This document shows, piece by piece, positions 45,322-54,379 of a stretch of DNA of 64,000 bases. Source of the DNA: Escherichia phage ECBP2; the sequence record NC_018859.1; one strand, given 5' to 3'. A program made the translations under genes and the position numbers. Positions within the stretch are counted from its first letter, which is position 1, and every line of letters starts with the position of its first letter. The notes under the pieces are model-generated. The model was not told the origin of the DNA. It made no database searches and worked only from the letters and a program-made list of their open reading frames with translations.

Positions 45322-46422
45322 TTACAGCAGTCGTTCTAATTGCATTTCCAGATGGTCTGGAATATAACCAGTGACGTTATCATCACTGCTACCCGATTCA
45401 CGCATCAATGCAAACATGTGACGAATTTCACGAACCGTTGCGATTCGAGTGCTTTCAATCTGAGGGGTGTAATAGGTCATGATCTCTTCATAGACAGCGT
45501 TGGCATTACCACGAACATATCCCAAGAAACCATAGAAGTCACCCATATCACGCAAGTTGATAAGGACTTCACCATCAGGGCCAGTCTGTTGTACACGAAC
45601 ACGACCAACCAGAGTAACAGAATGTTCACGACAGAACAGAATATCACGAGCCAAACGATAACCACCAGTCAGGTCATCATCATTAGGTGTGTAGTCCAGA
45701 GGCAGATACTGAATCATAGGAGCGAAGCGTAGCTCATTCAGTTTCTCAACATATGCTTCATTGTCCAAATCTGCATACTCAACAGCCAGTTTCTTAAGAA
45801 CCAAGAAGCGGTTGACCAGATTAAGGAGTTGGCTTTTCTTCCACTTTGGCTCTGAGATACGAAATTCAACAGAACCAAACTGAGCCAGAGGTAATAGGTT
45901 AAGGGAGGTGTACTTGTCCCAGCTATTAACAAGAGTATTGAAGAAGGCTTCACCATCTCGGTTGAACGCTGAGGAAGCATTCATTACCTGTGCTTGAACA
46001 ACAGCAAAGGCAGGACAGAAGTTGCTACGATAACGATGATATCCAGAACATTTGAACATCATCTTTTCATAGAACGTCCATCCAAGAATTACTTTCTTCA
46101 GGATATTACTATCAGCGTCACGCATATCCATATGAACGTGAGTAGAGCAGCGCCAAGTCCCTTCAGCTTCAGAGTCTTGTACTGCTTCACTCAGATTGTT
46201 AATAGCACTAAGCAATTCTACACCGTTGTAAGGCCGTGCACAAACCATCTCACAGCCATCACGAAGTGAACCATCTTCAGTACAGACCCAAAGATCTGCA
46301 TCAATTTCAGAGGTTCCTTCAACTTCCAGCTCGATGCCAATACCACACTGAAAAGCGATGCTTGGGTGCGGCTCAGCCAGACGAGCATTACGGTATCCAA
46401 AAACTTGTGCTACGGTTGTCAT
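45322..46422 (-). CDS. amidoligase (glutamine-synthetase-fold carboxylate-amine ligase)
   Basis: QCGIGIELEVEG and WRCSTHVHMDMRD resemble the GIELE / HVHxG motifs of GCS2-type amidoligases. Confidence 0.55.
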   Translation of the reverse strand: MTTVAQVFGYRNARLAEPHPSIAFQCGIGIELEVEGTSEIDADLWVCTEDGSLRDGCEMVCARPYNGVELLSAINNLSEAVQDSEAEGTWRCSTHVHMDMRDADSNILKKVILGWTFYEKMMFKCSGYHRYRSNFCPAFAVVQAQVMNASSAFNRDGEAFFNTLVNSWDKYTSLNLLPLAQFGSVEFRISEPKWKKSQLLNLVNRFLVLKKLAVEYADLDNEAYVEKLNELRFAPMIQYLPLDYTPNDDDLTGGYRLARDILFCREHSVTLVGRVRVQQTGPDGEVLINLRDMGDFYGFLGYVRGNANAVYEEIMTYYTPQIESTRIATVREIRHMFALMRESGSSDDNVTGYIPDHLEMQLERLL

Positions 46423-47045
46423 AACGTTTCCACCAACTCTACATTATATGATGACAGATCTGAAGAAATATGCTTGAACTTCTCCAGAAGGTTTAAAGAT
46501 TGACGACCATTGTCGCCGTTACCAGCAGAAAGATCAACTTGACCTACAAAAGCCCCTTTGTAGTAAACTTTACCATCAACAGGGTTAATATAGATGAAGC
46601 GAGTAACCAGACCTTCAAAGTCAGGGTTGAACAGGTTATACACCAGCTCTCCTGGAATCGAACGTCCCATTGAAGGAGGTGCACCACGCAGCTTGTTCCC
46701 CATCAGACCCTTAGCTCGCTGACGAACAGGGTTGATATGAGTCCAGCTTACCATGTTGTTACCATGTTGCAGATAGCCCACATCTGGAGATTCCAGAATC
46801 AGGCTCTGATCAAACACAGGAATACCCTGAACAACCTGTCGCTCAAACTGCCCTTCGGAGTTCTTAGACCAGCGTTCAACTTCAAAGGTTAAGGCCATTT
46901 CGGCTTCGTGAGAGAAGTCGTCTTCCCCAAAGCGGTTTGGTTGGGTTACGTTAAGCACATACAGAGGGAGATTAATCCCTCGTTCTGCGCGTTGGGCAAT
47001 CCATGTTCCGCAATAATAATGCTGAAAATCTCTTAACAGGCTCAC
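46419..47045 (-). CDS. hypothetical protein (ligase cluster)
   Basis: 208-aa ORF, ATGA overlap with the amidoligase. Confidence 0.45.
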   Translation of the reverse strand: MSLLRDFQHYYCGTWIAQRAERGINLPLYVLNVTQPNRFGEDDFSHEAEMALTFEVERWSKNSEGQFERQVVQGIPVFDQSLILESPDVGYLQHGNNMVSWTHINPVRQRAKGLMGNKLRGAPPSMGRSIPGELVYNLFNPDFEGLVTRFIYINPVDGKVYYKGAFVGQVDLSAGNGDNGRQSLNLLEKFKHISSDLSSYNVELVETL

Positions 47046-47054
47046 GATAACACC

Positions 47055-47861
47055 TTAGATAATCTGAAGTTGAGAGGAGAACTTATCCGCTTCTTTAACA
47101 TCATTGCTGTTAATGATGTTGTGAAGCTTTTCGATAGGCAAACGGGAGTGCAGAGACATGAGGATTTCCATGTCACAGCCCTGAATAACCTTATCAACTT
47201 GATCGTAAACAAACTTACGAGTGGACTGTTCACCAATCCAGAAGTTCGACAGAGAACGATATTCAATACCGTAATCTTTATAACGAATCGCCGATGCCTT
47301 ACCGTAAAGTTCTTTACGACGAGTGTCCTTGTCCATCACAACCGCTGGAAGTGACAGGAAGTAATCGCACAGCACACCCAGCATCATCTGAGTCTGACGA
47401 CTAATTTCCAGTGTACCAGTAACACCGAGGTGAACGTGACCTCCAGCGGTACGCAGACCTTTGTCTGTCGCTACCGGAGATGGGTTTTTCTGACCAGTGA
47501 AGGCGTTGAAATCAGGAGTACAGCCAAATACGAAGGCTGACGGGTGGAATGATTCCAGCTCTTCAGCAGTATACACATGAGAGCTAATCCCAAGCGCAGC
47601 TTCCATACCACGTTCATGGAGAACTTTGTTGGTCAGATCAATACCACGCTGGATGTTATCATCAAACGCTTCAAACCCTTTCTGTGGGTTAATATCAAAT
47701 TCAGCCAGAACGTTGTCTTCTTGAAGACGAACATCAGGGGCCAGATCGATTTTGTTATCTTTAGAACAGCCCAGCTTACCAGCCACAGAGGTGATAACAC
47801 CAGAAGCAGTACGAACAAACATTTCAGGGTCAGAACCAATAAGGAAAGCACGCTTAGTCAT
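47055..47861 (-). CDS. second amidoligase-like protein
   Basis: FLIGSDPEMFV and AGGHVHLGV loosely mirror the amidoligase motifs; start at internal Met MTKRAF. Confidence 0.4.
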   Translation of the reverse strand: MTKRAFLIGSDPEMFVRTASGVITSVAGKLGCSKDNKIDLAPDVRLQEDNVLAEFDINPQKGFEAFDDNIQRGIDLTNKVLHERGMEAALGISSHVYTAEELESFHPSAFVFGCTPDFNAFTGQKNPSPVATDKGLRTAGGHVHLGVTGTLEISRQTQMMLGVLCDYFLSLPAVVMDKDTRRKELYGKASAIRYKDYGIEYRSLSNFWIGEQSTRKFVYDQVDKVIQGCDMEILMSLHSRLPIEKLHNIINSNDVKEADKFSSQLQII

Positions 47862-48804
47862 TGTAATACTCCACAAGTTCATCAAAAAGGGAAACAACAC
47901 GGGCACCAGCTTCTTCTGGTGTCATTGAGGAAGGTACTGCTTGCATCAAGCGTTCAATAAAACTGCGAACAGTAATTCTGTCCATACGCTGATCTAATAC
48001 TTCACGTTTATGGCCTGCACACATTGACCAGAGACGTAACCACTCACTCATACTTTCATAATAGTCAGGGTCTTGGTCACGACGACGGGCCATACTACGA
48101 AGAACTCCGTCATTATGGTTTCGTACATAACCATCTCTGTTAGCGTCAATACCAAATATATTCTGAACCCATACGTTTTCAGAAAATTCATCAGTTGAAC
48201 AGACCAGTGGCAAAAATGCGATTGCACTCATTTCACCGGTAAAATAGGTCGCTGCTGATTCATCATCAGTATCCACATCATGTGAATAATCCCAACGACC
48301 AAAGAAGTTACGACTTAAACCAGCTAAGCGTAAAGCTAAGCCGATTCGTTGTCGCTTGAGTAACTCTTCCTTGTCTTGAACGCCTTCCTGAAGGAACTCC
48401 ATTCCCATAAAATCCCCATCCAGATAACTCCGGAGGGTCATTAATCCAGTAAACACCTTGTCTGCTGGATGGTCTCGAAGGTTCACGGCAACTGAGTTCA
48501 CCGAAGTGACAGAGAACATGTTTTTATAACAAGACATTGAGTTAAAAATGTCTGTTGCTTCAACTAAAGCTCTTTCGATATCTTTAGCTGGTGTGCTATA
48601 AAAGTTGTGAGGCCAGAAGTTAATAACTCCAATTTCTGAAGTTCTATCACGAAGGCTTGAGAGATTGATACTGTCGCCATTAATGTCTGTAACAGAATAC
48701 ATATGCTGACAGTTGAAAGTACCAAAACAAGCTCGCCCTCTGAACACTGACTCACCAAAGTCCTCTGATGGTGTTACCGGAGCAGTCGATGCGGAGATTG
48801 ACAT
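47854..48804 (-). CDS. hypothetical protein (ligase cluster)
   Basis: 316-aa ORF. Confidence 0.45.
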   Translation of the reverse strand: MSISASTAPVTPSEDFGESVFRGRACFGTFNCQHMYSVTDINGDSINLSSLRDRTSEIGVINFWPHNFYSTPAKDIERALVEATDIFNSMSCYKNMFSVTSVNSVAVNLRDHPADKVFTGLMTLRSYLDGDFMGMEFLQEGVQDKEELLKRQRIGLALRLAGLSRNFFGRWDYSHDVDTDDESAATYFTGEMSAIAFLPLVCSTDEFSENVWVQNIFGIDANRDGYVRNHNDGVLRSMARRRDQDPDYYESMSEWLRLWSMCAGHKREVLDQRMDRITVRSFIERLMQAVPSSMTPEEAGARVVSLFDELVEYYND

Positions 48805-48812
48805 ATTCGCCT

Positions 48813-50033
48813 CTATTTATTGAAGAATAATTTTTCCAAAATGTTTTCCCACTCTTCTGAGGGACGTACTGTATAATTACTACCTGTCAGTCCATTGGAC
48901 ATACTACTGATAATGTTATACATGTTGTAGCTTCGAGCTGAAGCTGTTTCATTGTTCCAGTTATAACCGAACACAATTTTAGCAAAAGATGTTTCAGATT
49001 CAGCCACCTCTCGGATAAATTCAACCAAGAGTGACTTTTCTGTGATGATTGGGCGGGTATCTTCCGACAGATGGCAATATTGAGGCAAAAGGATTGGCAA
49101 GAACATCGAGTTGTTCACTCGACAATCACGAACACCTTCACTGCGATAGATCAGACTGGAGAAGTCTTCATCACGCAGGTGGCCTTCACCTTCAGTGTAT
49201 TCACACTGTCGCCATTTGGTCTGGCGAGGCTCAATCATCGTACTACCAACACCCACTGTATACAGAGATGCTTGGAAGATACAGGAATCGTAATCATTCC
49301 CTGTTAAAGCAACACGTTCGTTACCGAATACATTCACTGAAGAGTTGATCAGTCGGCTGAATGCAAGAGAGGCTAAAGGAGACCAGCCCTTCTTATACAT
49401 CTTGTTCAACATTTCATACACAGCAGATTTTTCATCATCTGTATAGAATGTGCGATTCAACATCAGATAGAACAGAGCACGATCAGCGGGACAGCCATCA
49501 GTGCAAACACCCATGAACCCCACTTCATGCCACACCAGACATGAGTCAGAGTCTTTGTCCATAAATGCTGCAAAGGTTTCCATAACAACACGATCAGTGA
49601 TGTCAGGACGGTTGTTTTCTTCTGCCCATGTTTCCACATGAGAAGGAGGACGAGGGTCTTCATTTTCTAACCCTTCACGGAAATACTGAGTAGCGATATA
49701 TTCAGTATCACCATAACGTCTTACACCGTGAGCTGGAAGATGTGTTCCGGAGTTCCAGATATACTTGATTTCAGACATAGGCAACATATTCTCAAGAACG
49801 TTCTCTTCAGCAGTGCCTTGACGAACCATCATATTTTTACTCCACACCTTGATGCGGATATTCCAGCCGTAGTTGCTGTCATACGTGTTGTAGTAGTCAG
49901 GATCATCGTCTTCATCATCTTCATCATAATCACCACCCTGATAGTAACCTGCTTTAAGGAAACCATAACAAGGAGGCCAGACGGTTACAACATCTTCTGA
50001 TTCTTTCCAGCTTTGAAGTGTTACAGGGAACAT
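48813..50033 (-). CDS. hypothetical protein (ligase cluster) with acidic N-terminal tract
   Basis: 406-aa ORF; DYDEDDEDDDPDYY. Confidence 0.45.
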   Translation of the reverse strand: MFPVTLQSWKESEDVVTVWPPCYGFLKAGYYQGGDYDEDDEDDDPDYYNTYDSNYGWNIRIKVWSKNMMVRQGTAEENVLENMLPMSEIKYIWNSGTHLPAHGVRRYGDTEYIATQYFREGLENEDPRPPSHVETWAEENNRPDITDRVVMETFAAFMDKDSDSCLVWHEVGFMGVCTDGCPADRALFYLMLNRTFYTDDEKSAVYEMLNKMYKKGWSPLASLAFSRLINSSVNVFGNERVALTGNDYDSCIFQASLYTVGVGSTMIEPRQTKWRQCEYTEGEGHLRDEDFSSLIYRSEGVRDCRVNNSMFLPILLPQYCHLSEDTRPIITEKSLLVEFIREVAESETSFAKIVFGYNWNNETASARSYNMYNIISSMSNGLTGSNYTVRPSEEWENILEKLFFNK

Positions 50034-50044
50034 CTTTTACCTCT

Positions 50045-50407
50045 TTACTCTGCTACCAGAAGGCCCAGAGATTTGCGAATGTAGGCAATGCTACGGAAGT
50101 TTCGGTAGTTTTCTTGGAAGCGCATTTTTTCGAATTCTGCTTCCTGAAGTTCTACCTCTGCTGCATTGTATCCTGCCACAGCCAAACTCACCACATCCTG
50201 AGGTAAGGTATTACGACGACGAATAAGATATTTATTCGCCTTTAACTTGCTTTGTGCACGAGCCATTTTGGCCTTTGCCGCCTTGATGCCATGAGCAATC
50301 CAGAGCAATTGCTGCTCCAAATCATTCTCGTCCATGCCACCCAAATCATTTGCTACTTTATGCAGCGTAGACAGGTTCACATGGCCTTTGATGGGGCGTA
50401 GGTTCAT
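50045..50407 (-). CDS. hypothetical protein
   Basis: 120-aa ORF. Confidence 0.4.
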   Translation of the reverse strand: MNLRPIKGHVNLSTLHKVANDLGGMDENDLEQQLLWIAHGIKAAKAKMARAQSKLKANKYLIRRRNTLPQDVVSLAVAGYNAAEVELQEAEFEKMRFQENYRNFRSIAYIRKSLGLLVAE

Positions 50408-50571
50408 AACTTCTCCTGTTTATCACATTGATTGGTAAGCCAGTTATAAGACCCTCTGTTGTTCTTGCTTAATTCACAAGATACAAAGGAAGTCACACGG
50501 GCAAACCCCACGGTGGCTAAGCAAATAAAGATTGCTGCCAATAAGAACTTAACTTTCAACTTATTATCCAT
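50404..50571 (-). CDS. small secreted/membrane protein (55 aa, below track cut-off)
   Basis: MDNKLKVKFLLAAIFICLATVGFA...; stop overlaps the next ATG. Confidence 0.3.
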   Translation of the reverse strand: MDNKLKVKFLLAAIFICLATVGFARVTSFVSCELSKNNRGSYNWLTNQCDKQEKL

Positions 50572-50590
50572 ACAACCTCTTCTTTGAACT

Positions 50591-50616
50591 TAAAAAAGGA
50601 CTCTCCTAAGAGAGCC
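50591..50616 (-). terminator. rho-independent terminator
   Basis: GGCTCTC-TTAG-GAGAGTCC hairpin + U6 on the - strand. Confidence 0.5.
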
Positions 50617-50684
50617 AAGCTTTAAGGCCAATTAAATAGATATCACCCAATATCTGTGGATAACCTGCTCTTAAAATATTCTAT

Positions 50685-50815
50685 CCGACGGATGTTCGAG
50701 GACTGTTCCTCTCCCTAGCATCGGCCCCATACGGGTAAGATTAAATTAAGTTTAGGTTAGTTGAGCCAGAATAGCTCACATAGCCCTCTGATACTCACAA
50801 GGGCTATAGATGTTA
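50685..50815 (-). other. conserved 3' non-coding element, copy 1
   Basis: About 130 nt starting at the stop of gene 50813-51064; core CTCACATAGCCCTCTGATAnnCACAAGGGCTATA...GATGTTAC is shared with 56348-56465. Confidence 0.5.
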
Positions 50816-51064
50816 CTCTGTGGCTCCGTCGAAGCGTAGGATTGCTGTTGGAACAGGAATCACAACCATGTCAATCTCTAAACGGAAGAGATGGCCTGTG
50901 CTTAGCTGAACTGCTGTTACCGGTTTAGCGATACCACCAACAGATGCTGAGGGGATTCGAATAAAGAAATCCCCCGGATATTCCGTTGCACGAAATACAT
51001 CTCCCGGTGACATATCCTTTACTTGGGTAATTGATTCAGGAGGGGTTTTATTAGCAATTTGCAT
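50813..51064 (-). CDS. small GDVF-motif family protein
   Basis: VKDMSPGDVFRA... Confidence 0.5.
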   Translation of the reverse strand: MQIANKTPPESITQVKDMSPGDVFRATEYPGDFFIRIPSASVGGIAKPVTAVQLSTGHLFRLEIDMVVIPVPTAILRFDGATE

Positions 51065-51297
51065 TACAGACCTTTCTTAGCACGATCTTTGGCAGTTTTG
51101 CCAGTGCGGATACGGTGGGAAACATTAACCAGCTCGCCGCCTTCGACGATGGTCACGCTTTTGTTTTTCGCAATATCAAACACAGACTTCTCTGTACCAC
51201 CCAGACGAATCTGACGCGGTTCACTTTGGGTCTGAGTTGACTTGGATTCAAACTGGAACGGCTGACGGATGGCATCAATTGCGCTAACTTTAGACAT
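51064..51297 (-). CDS. hypothetical protein
   Basis: 77-aa ORF. Confidence 0.4.
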   Translation of the reverse strand: MSKVSAIDAIRQPFQFESKSTQTQSEPRQIRLGGTEKSVFDIAKNKSVTIVEGGELVNVSHRIRTGKTAKDRAKKGL

Positions 51298-51325
51298 GTT
51301 TTTATTACCTTAAATTAAAGAGAGA

Positions 51326-51739
51326 TTAAACAACGAATTGGAACGCTTCGTATCCAAACTTGTACGAGAAACCGTGCTTGAACTTCACTACACGACCACG
51401 ATCACGGAAAGCTTTCAGACGACTGCTGAACCCAGCCATCGGCTCAGGGTCAATAGGGCTGCGAATCTTCATAGCTACAGAGTGCAGCTTGAAGCGCTTA
51501 CCAGTGCTACAGGCCATCATCACGTACTCCATACGAGTAGTCCAGATGTTAAGCACCATGCTTGTTTTCTCCGCTGACCAACCAGTCTTGCGGGCGATTT
51601 CCTTATGGATGTTAAGTTCCAAAGGAAGTGGGAATTGCTTGTTGAATGAAGCCGGATAAAGCTTGACCAGAAGATCAATGTTTTCTTTATACGTTAAGTA
51701 AGCCAATTTCTTGCTTACGTTGGGGAATTTCCCAGCCAT
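51326..51739 (-). CDS. ProQ/FinO-domain-like RNA-binding protein
   Basis: LYPASFNKQFPLPLELNIHKEIARKTGWSAEKTSMVLNIWTTRMEYVMMACSTGKRFKLHS follows the FP..F...PL.I...S...L..Y....Y...G..R.L pattern of ProQ/FinO N-domains. Confidence 0.5.
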   Translation of the reverse strand: MAGKFPNVSKKLAYLTYKENIDLLVKLYPASFNKQFPLPLELNIHKEIARKTGWSAEKTSMVLNIWTTRMEYVMMACSTGKRFKLHSVAMKIRSPIDPEPMAGFSSRLKAFRDRGRVVKFKHGFSYKFGYEAFQFVV

Positions 51740-51937
51740 TTTTGAAGCTCCAAAACAGCGCCGAAAAGAGAGGCGTCATAGTAGCTAAAGGGAGGAGAGA
51801 AGAGGGCTTATTTACTTGCCTTTTTCTGTCCGTTAATGTACCAGATAACTGAACCATCAGGCTGTCGTTGACCGAAGCCTTTCAAGTTAACCATTTCTTC
51901 TTCAGAGTAGGCACGTTTTCTCACTGATTTTCTCCTG

Positions 51938-52195
51938 TCAGTAGAAGGTGTGTGTAGAGTCGTCGTTCATAGATAACCAAACGAAGAAGACAATCACACA
52001 GAAAGCAATAATACCGAGAGTTGCAAGGATTATAGTGTTAGCTAATGTGATATCTAACACTCTTTGCAGGTACATAAAGAATTGTATGATACCACATAAC
52101 CCTAGCACGACCCCAATAACAATAAGGAGCCAGTACGTGCAGAGAAGGACTGCATCCAATAGTGATACATACTTTGGATCATCTTTATGTTTCAC
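51938..52195 (-). CDS. small multi-TM membrane protein
   Basis: Three hydrophobic segments. Confidence 0.4.
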   Translation of the reverse strand: MKHKDDPKYVSLLDAVLLCTYWLLIVIGVVLGLCGIIQFFMYLQRVLDITLANTIILATLGIIAFCVIVFFVWLSMNDDSTHTFY

Positions 52196-52448
52196 TAATC
52201 TTCTCCACTAAATCCAGAGTTGCCGATTCAAATACAACACCAACTGGCATATTGGATGCCATATTACGAACATATCCACTCTGCATCGACACAGCTCGGT
52301 GGTATTCACAACCATTAGAGCTTTTGTTTACTTTCATGTAAATGGTTTGTTCTTTATCTTCTTTCAAAGTAAAGAAAGAGCCGATAGAAACACCTGCCAC
52401 CATTAGAGGAATATCCGCAATACGAGTTTTGTTAATGGTCAGAGCCAT
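52185..52448 (-). CDS. small protein, divergent GDVF-family member
   Basis: IADIPLMVAGVSIGSFFTL. Confidence 0.4.
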   Translation of the reverse strand: MALTINKTRIADIPLMVAGVSIGSFFTLKEDKEQTIYMKVNKSSNGCEYHRAVSMQSGYVRNMASNMPVGVVFESATLDLVEKISET

Positions 52449-52451
52449 TGC

Positions 52452-52706
52452 TTACTCCTTAATAGTTGCTTCAGCTTTGATAGGAATAACAGCAACATCT
52501 TTACGAGGCGCTGTCGCTCGGCCTGTGTTAAGACAGGCTACGAGTCTGTGCTCATCCGCACCTTTAATGCAGAGTCGAGTTGAGAACTCGGTAGACAGCA
52601 AGATGTATAAATCACCATCTTCACTGTTAGGATACATAAAGCAATCCCCAAGTCGCAAAGCACTGAGGGGTATTGAATTTTTACCTGCTGGCATGTTAAC
52701 TTTCAT
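52452..52706 (-). CDS. small GDVF-motif family protein
   Basis: LSALRLGDCFMY. Confidence 0.45.
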   Translation of the reverse strand: MKVNMPAGKNSIPLSALRLGDCFMYPNSEDGDLYILLSTEFSTRLCIKGADEHRLVACLNTGRATAPRKDVAVIPIKAEATIKE

Positions 52707-52716
52707 TTCATCACCT

Positions 52717-53013
52717 TTATTTGTGAGAGTTTACGAACTCTTCAAGAACATTAACTGCATCTCGATATGCATTGGTAACTTTATACCAGTGATCAGTACC
52801 GAATGCACTCGGTTTGACGATTCTAACCAGACGACGGTGATAACGCACTGAGTAGACTAGATTCTCATAAGTCACCCTCAGTTCGTTTTTGCGTTCCATC
52901 TGAATAGATTTAAGGTGTCGCTTTGTTTTCCAGACTGTTACCGGCATAACCCTCTTACCTTGTTGTAAAGTATGGACCAATTTATGAAAGAACTCTCGGA
53001 AGAATGCTTTCAT
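52717..53013 (-). CDS. hypothetical basic protein
   Basis: 98-aa ORF. Confidence 0.4.
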   Translation of the reverse strand: MKAFFREFFHKLVHTLQQGKRVMPVTVWKTKRHLKSIQMERKNELRVTYENLVYSVRYHRRLVRIVKPSAFGTDHWYKVTNAYRDAVNVLEEFVNSHK

Positions 53014-53231
53014 AAATAGGGGGAGGGGACGAATCCTCCCATATCCTATTAATTAATGTTGCATGTAAGACCTAACAATCCGATGCTGTAGTGGATAGCG
53101 TAAAACGCTTACCGGCATTAAACCCAGCCCATGAGGGGCTTATGTGATTAAAATGCTCAACATTGAGCGGTTAGTTGATAGGAGATCTGAAGTCCTATCT
53201 CAAAGGACTCTCGTAAGAATCCTTCACGATA

Positions 53232-53486
53232 TTACTTAGTAATAAAGACTGTCACCTTATCCATTACCCAGCCTATCAACATAAGGAAAGGTAAGAAGAG
53301 GATAAAGATCAGCATAAAAGGCCAGAAGAATATTACCGTCCAAATAGAATATTCATCAGGCTTACCACTCCATGAGGAATGGAAGAAGTTGTAGAGTGTA
53401 TTGGTTTTGAAGCACCATTTAACTACAATGGCTGCTAACCACCAACCAATAACATAAATCAGGAGGACATACGCTGCTGTAATCAT
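53232..53486 (-). CDS. small multi-TM membrane protein
   Basis: Three hydrophobic segments, Trp-rich. Confidence 0.4.
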   Translation of the reverse strand: MITAAYVLLIYVIGWWLAAIVVKWCFKTNTLYNFFHSSWSGKPDEYSIWTVIFFWPFMLIFILFLPFLMLIGWVMDKVTVFITK

Positions 53487-53713
53487 TCACCGTTCCATTG
53501 ATAGTTGCGAGTTACCACGTTTCCGTGGATAAGGAAGTGCTGGCGGCGAAGGATATCTTTAACGTTGTAGTAGGCAGCGTTACCGAGATGGCCTTCTTTA
53601 ATAAGCCAACGAAGATTACGGATATCAACCAACAGCATTTTTACTTGCTGTTGGCATGAAGTTTGAGCTGCTGTTTCAAGTAGAGCTTTCGTATCAGAAT
53701 AATGACCGGACAT
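53483..53713 (-). CDS. hypothetical protein
   Basis: 76-aa ORF. Confidence 0.4.
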   Translation of the reverse strand: MSGHYSDTKALLETAAQTSCQQQVKMLLVDIRNLRWLIKEGHLGNAAYYNVKDILRRQHFLIHGNVVTRNYQWNGE

Positions 53714-53714
53714 A

Positions 53715-54041
53715 TCACCACTCCTTACCTGTTGTTGTCACAGAGCCACCACACAGCTCACCACGGGAGATGAAGTCATAACGTGACCAATCACCTTGGG
53801 TAGCCATATCACGCTTTGCATAAGCCTTCTCGTCAACAGCACCGCCATTGGAACAAGAAGCACCAGCATAACGCATATCAATTTCACCACTAGGAATCTT
53901 CTCCCCGCTGTGCCAACGGGAAACACAGACACCTTCTACCGATAATGCACACCATCCATCAGGACGATGCTGTACGCAGCCTGTAAGAGCTACACAGGCG
54001 ATAAAGATACAGGTTAAGGTAATTACACCACCCCAGCTCAT
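53715..54041 (-). CDS. Cys-rich lipoprotein
   Basis: Signal peptide ending in lipobox LTGC; eight further Cys. Confidence 0.45.
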   Translation of the reverse strand: MSWGGVITLTCIFIACVALTGCVQHRPDGWCALSVEGVCVSRWHSGEKIPSGEIDMRYAGASCSNGGAVDEKAYAKRDMATQGDWSRYDFISRGELCGGSVTTTGKEW

Positions 54042-54178
54042 GATCCCTCCTGAAGCGCCTTACGGCGGCTATCTCGCCAAGCCATCCAAGTGTAGATTTT
54101 GAGTTCTTCTCTTTCTTCTTCACTGAACAAACGAGGAGTGAAGATATCATCAAACCATTTATTAAACTCAGGGGTCAT
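54038..54178 (-). CDS. small protein (46 aa, below track cut-off)
   Basis: AGGAGG RBS; stop overlaps the lipoprotein ATG. Confidence 0.3.
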   Translation of the reverse strand: MTPEFNKWFDDIFTPRLFSEEEREELKIYTWMAWRDSRRKALQEGS

Positions 54179-54294
54179 ATACCCTCCTACGTTGATTGGT
54201 AGCCCCAAGATGCCGTATCTTATCCAACGACCCCATACAGACCTATAGGCTATTGTATGGCGCCGAAGGAGTACGCAAGCATCTTAGGGACATA

Positions 54295-54370
54295 TGGTGC
54301 ACCCTACAGGATTCGAACCTGTAACCAACGACTTAGAAGGTCGCTGCTCTATCCATTGAGCTAAGGGTGC
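54295..54370 (-). tRNA. tRNA-Arg (anticodon UCU), CCA encoded
   Basis: GCACCCTTAGCTCAATGGATAGAGCAGCGACCTTCTAAGTCGTTGGTTACAGGTTCGAATCCTGTAGGGTGCACCA folds as a cloverleaf: 7-bp acceptor, GCTC/GAGC D-stem, anticodon loop CUUCUAA, T-arm ACAGG-TTCGAAT-CCTGT. Confidence 0.85.
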
Positions 54371-54379
54371 TTGAATTGT

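Noticed and set aside
46423-46445. ATATAATGTAGAG upstream of the amidoligase gene as a sixth promoter motif
   Set aside because: Three mismatches to TAATGTATATA and it lies inside the upstream coding sequence.
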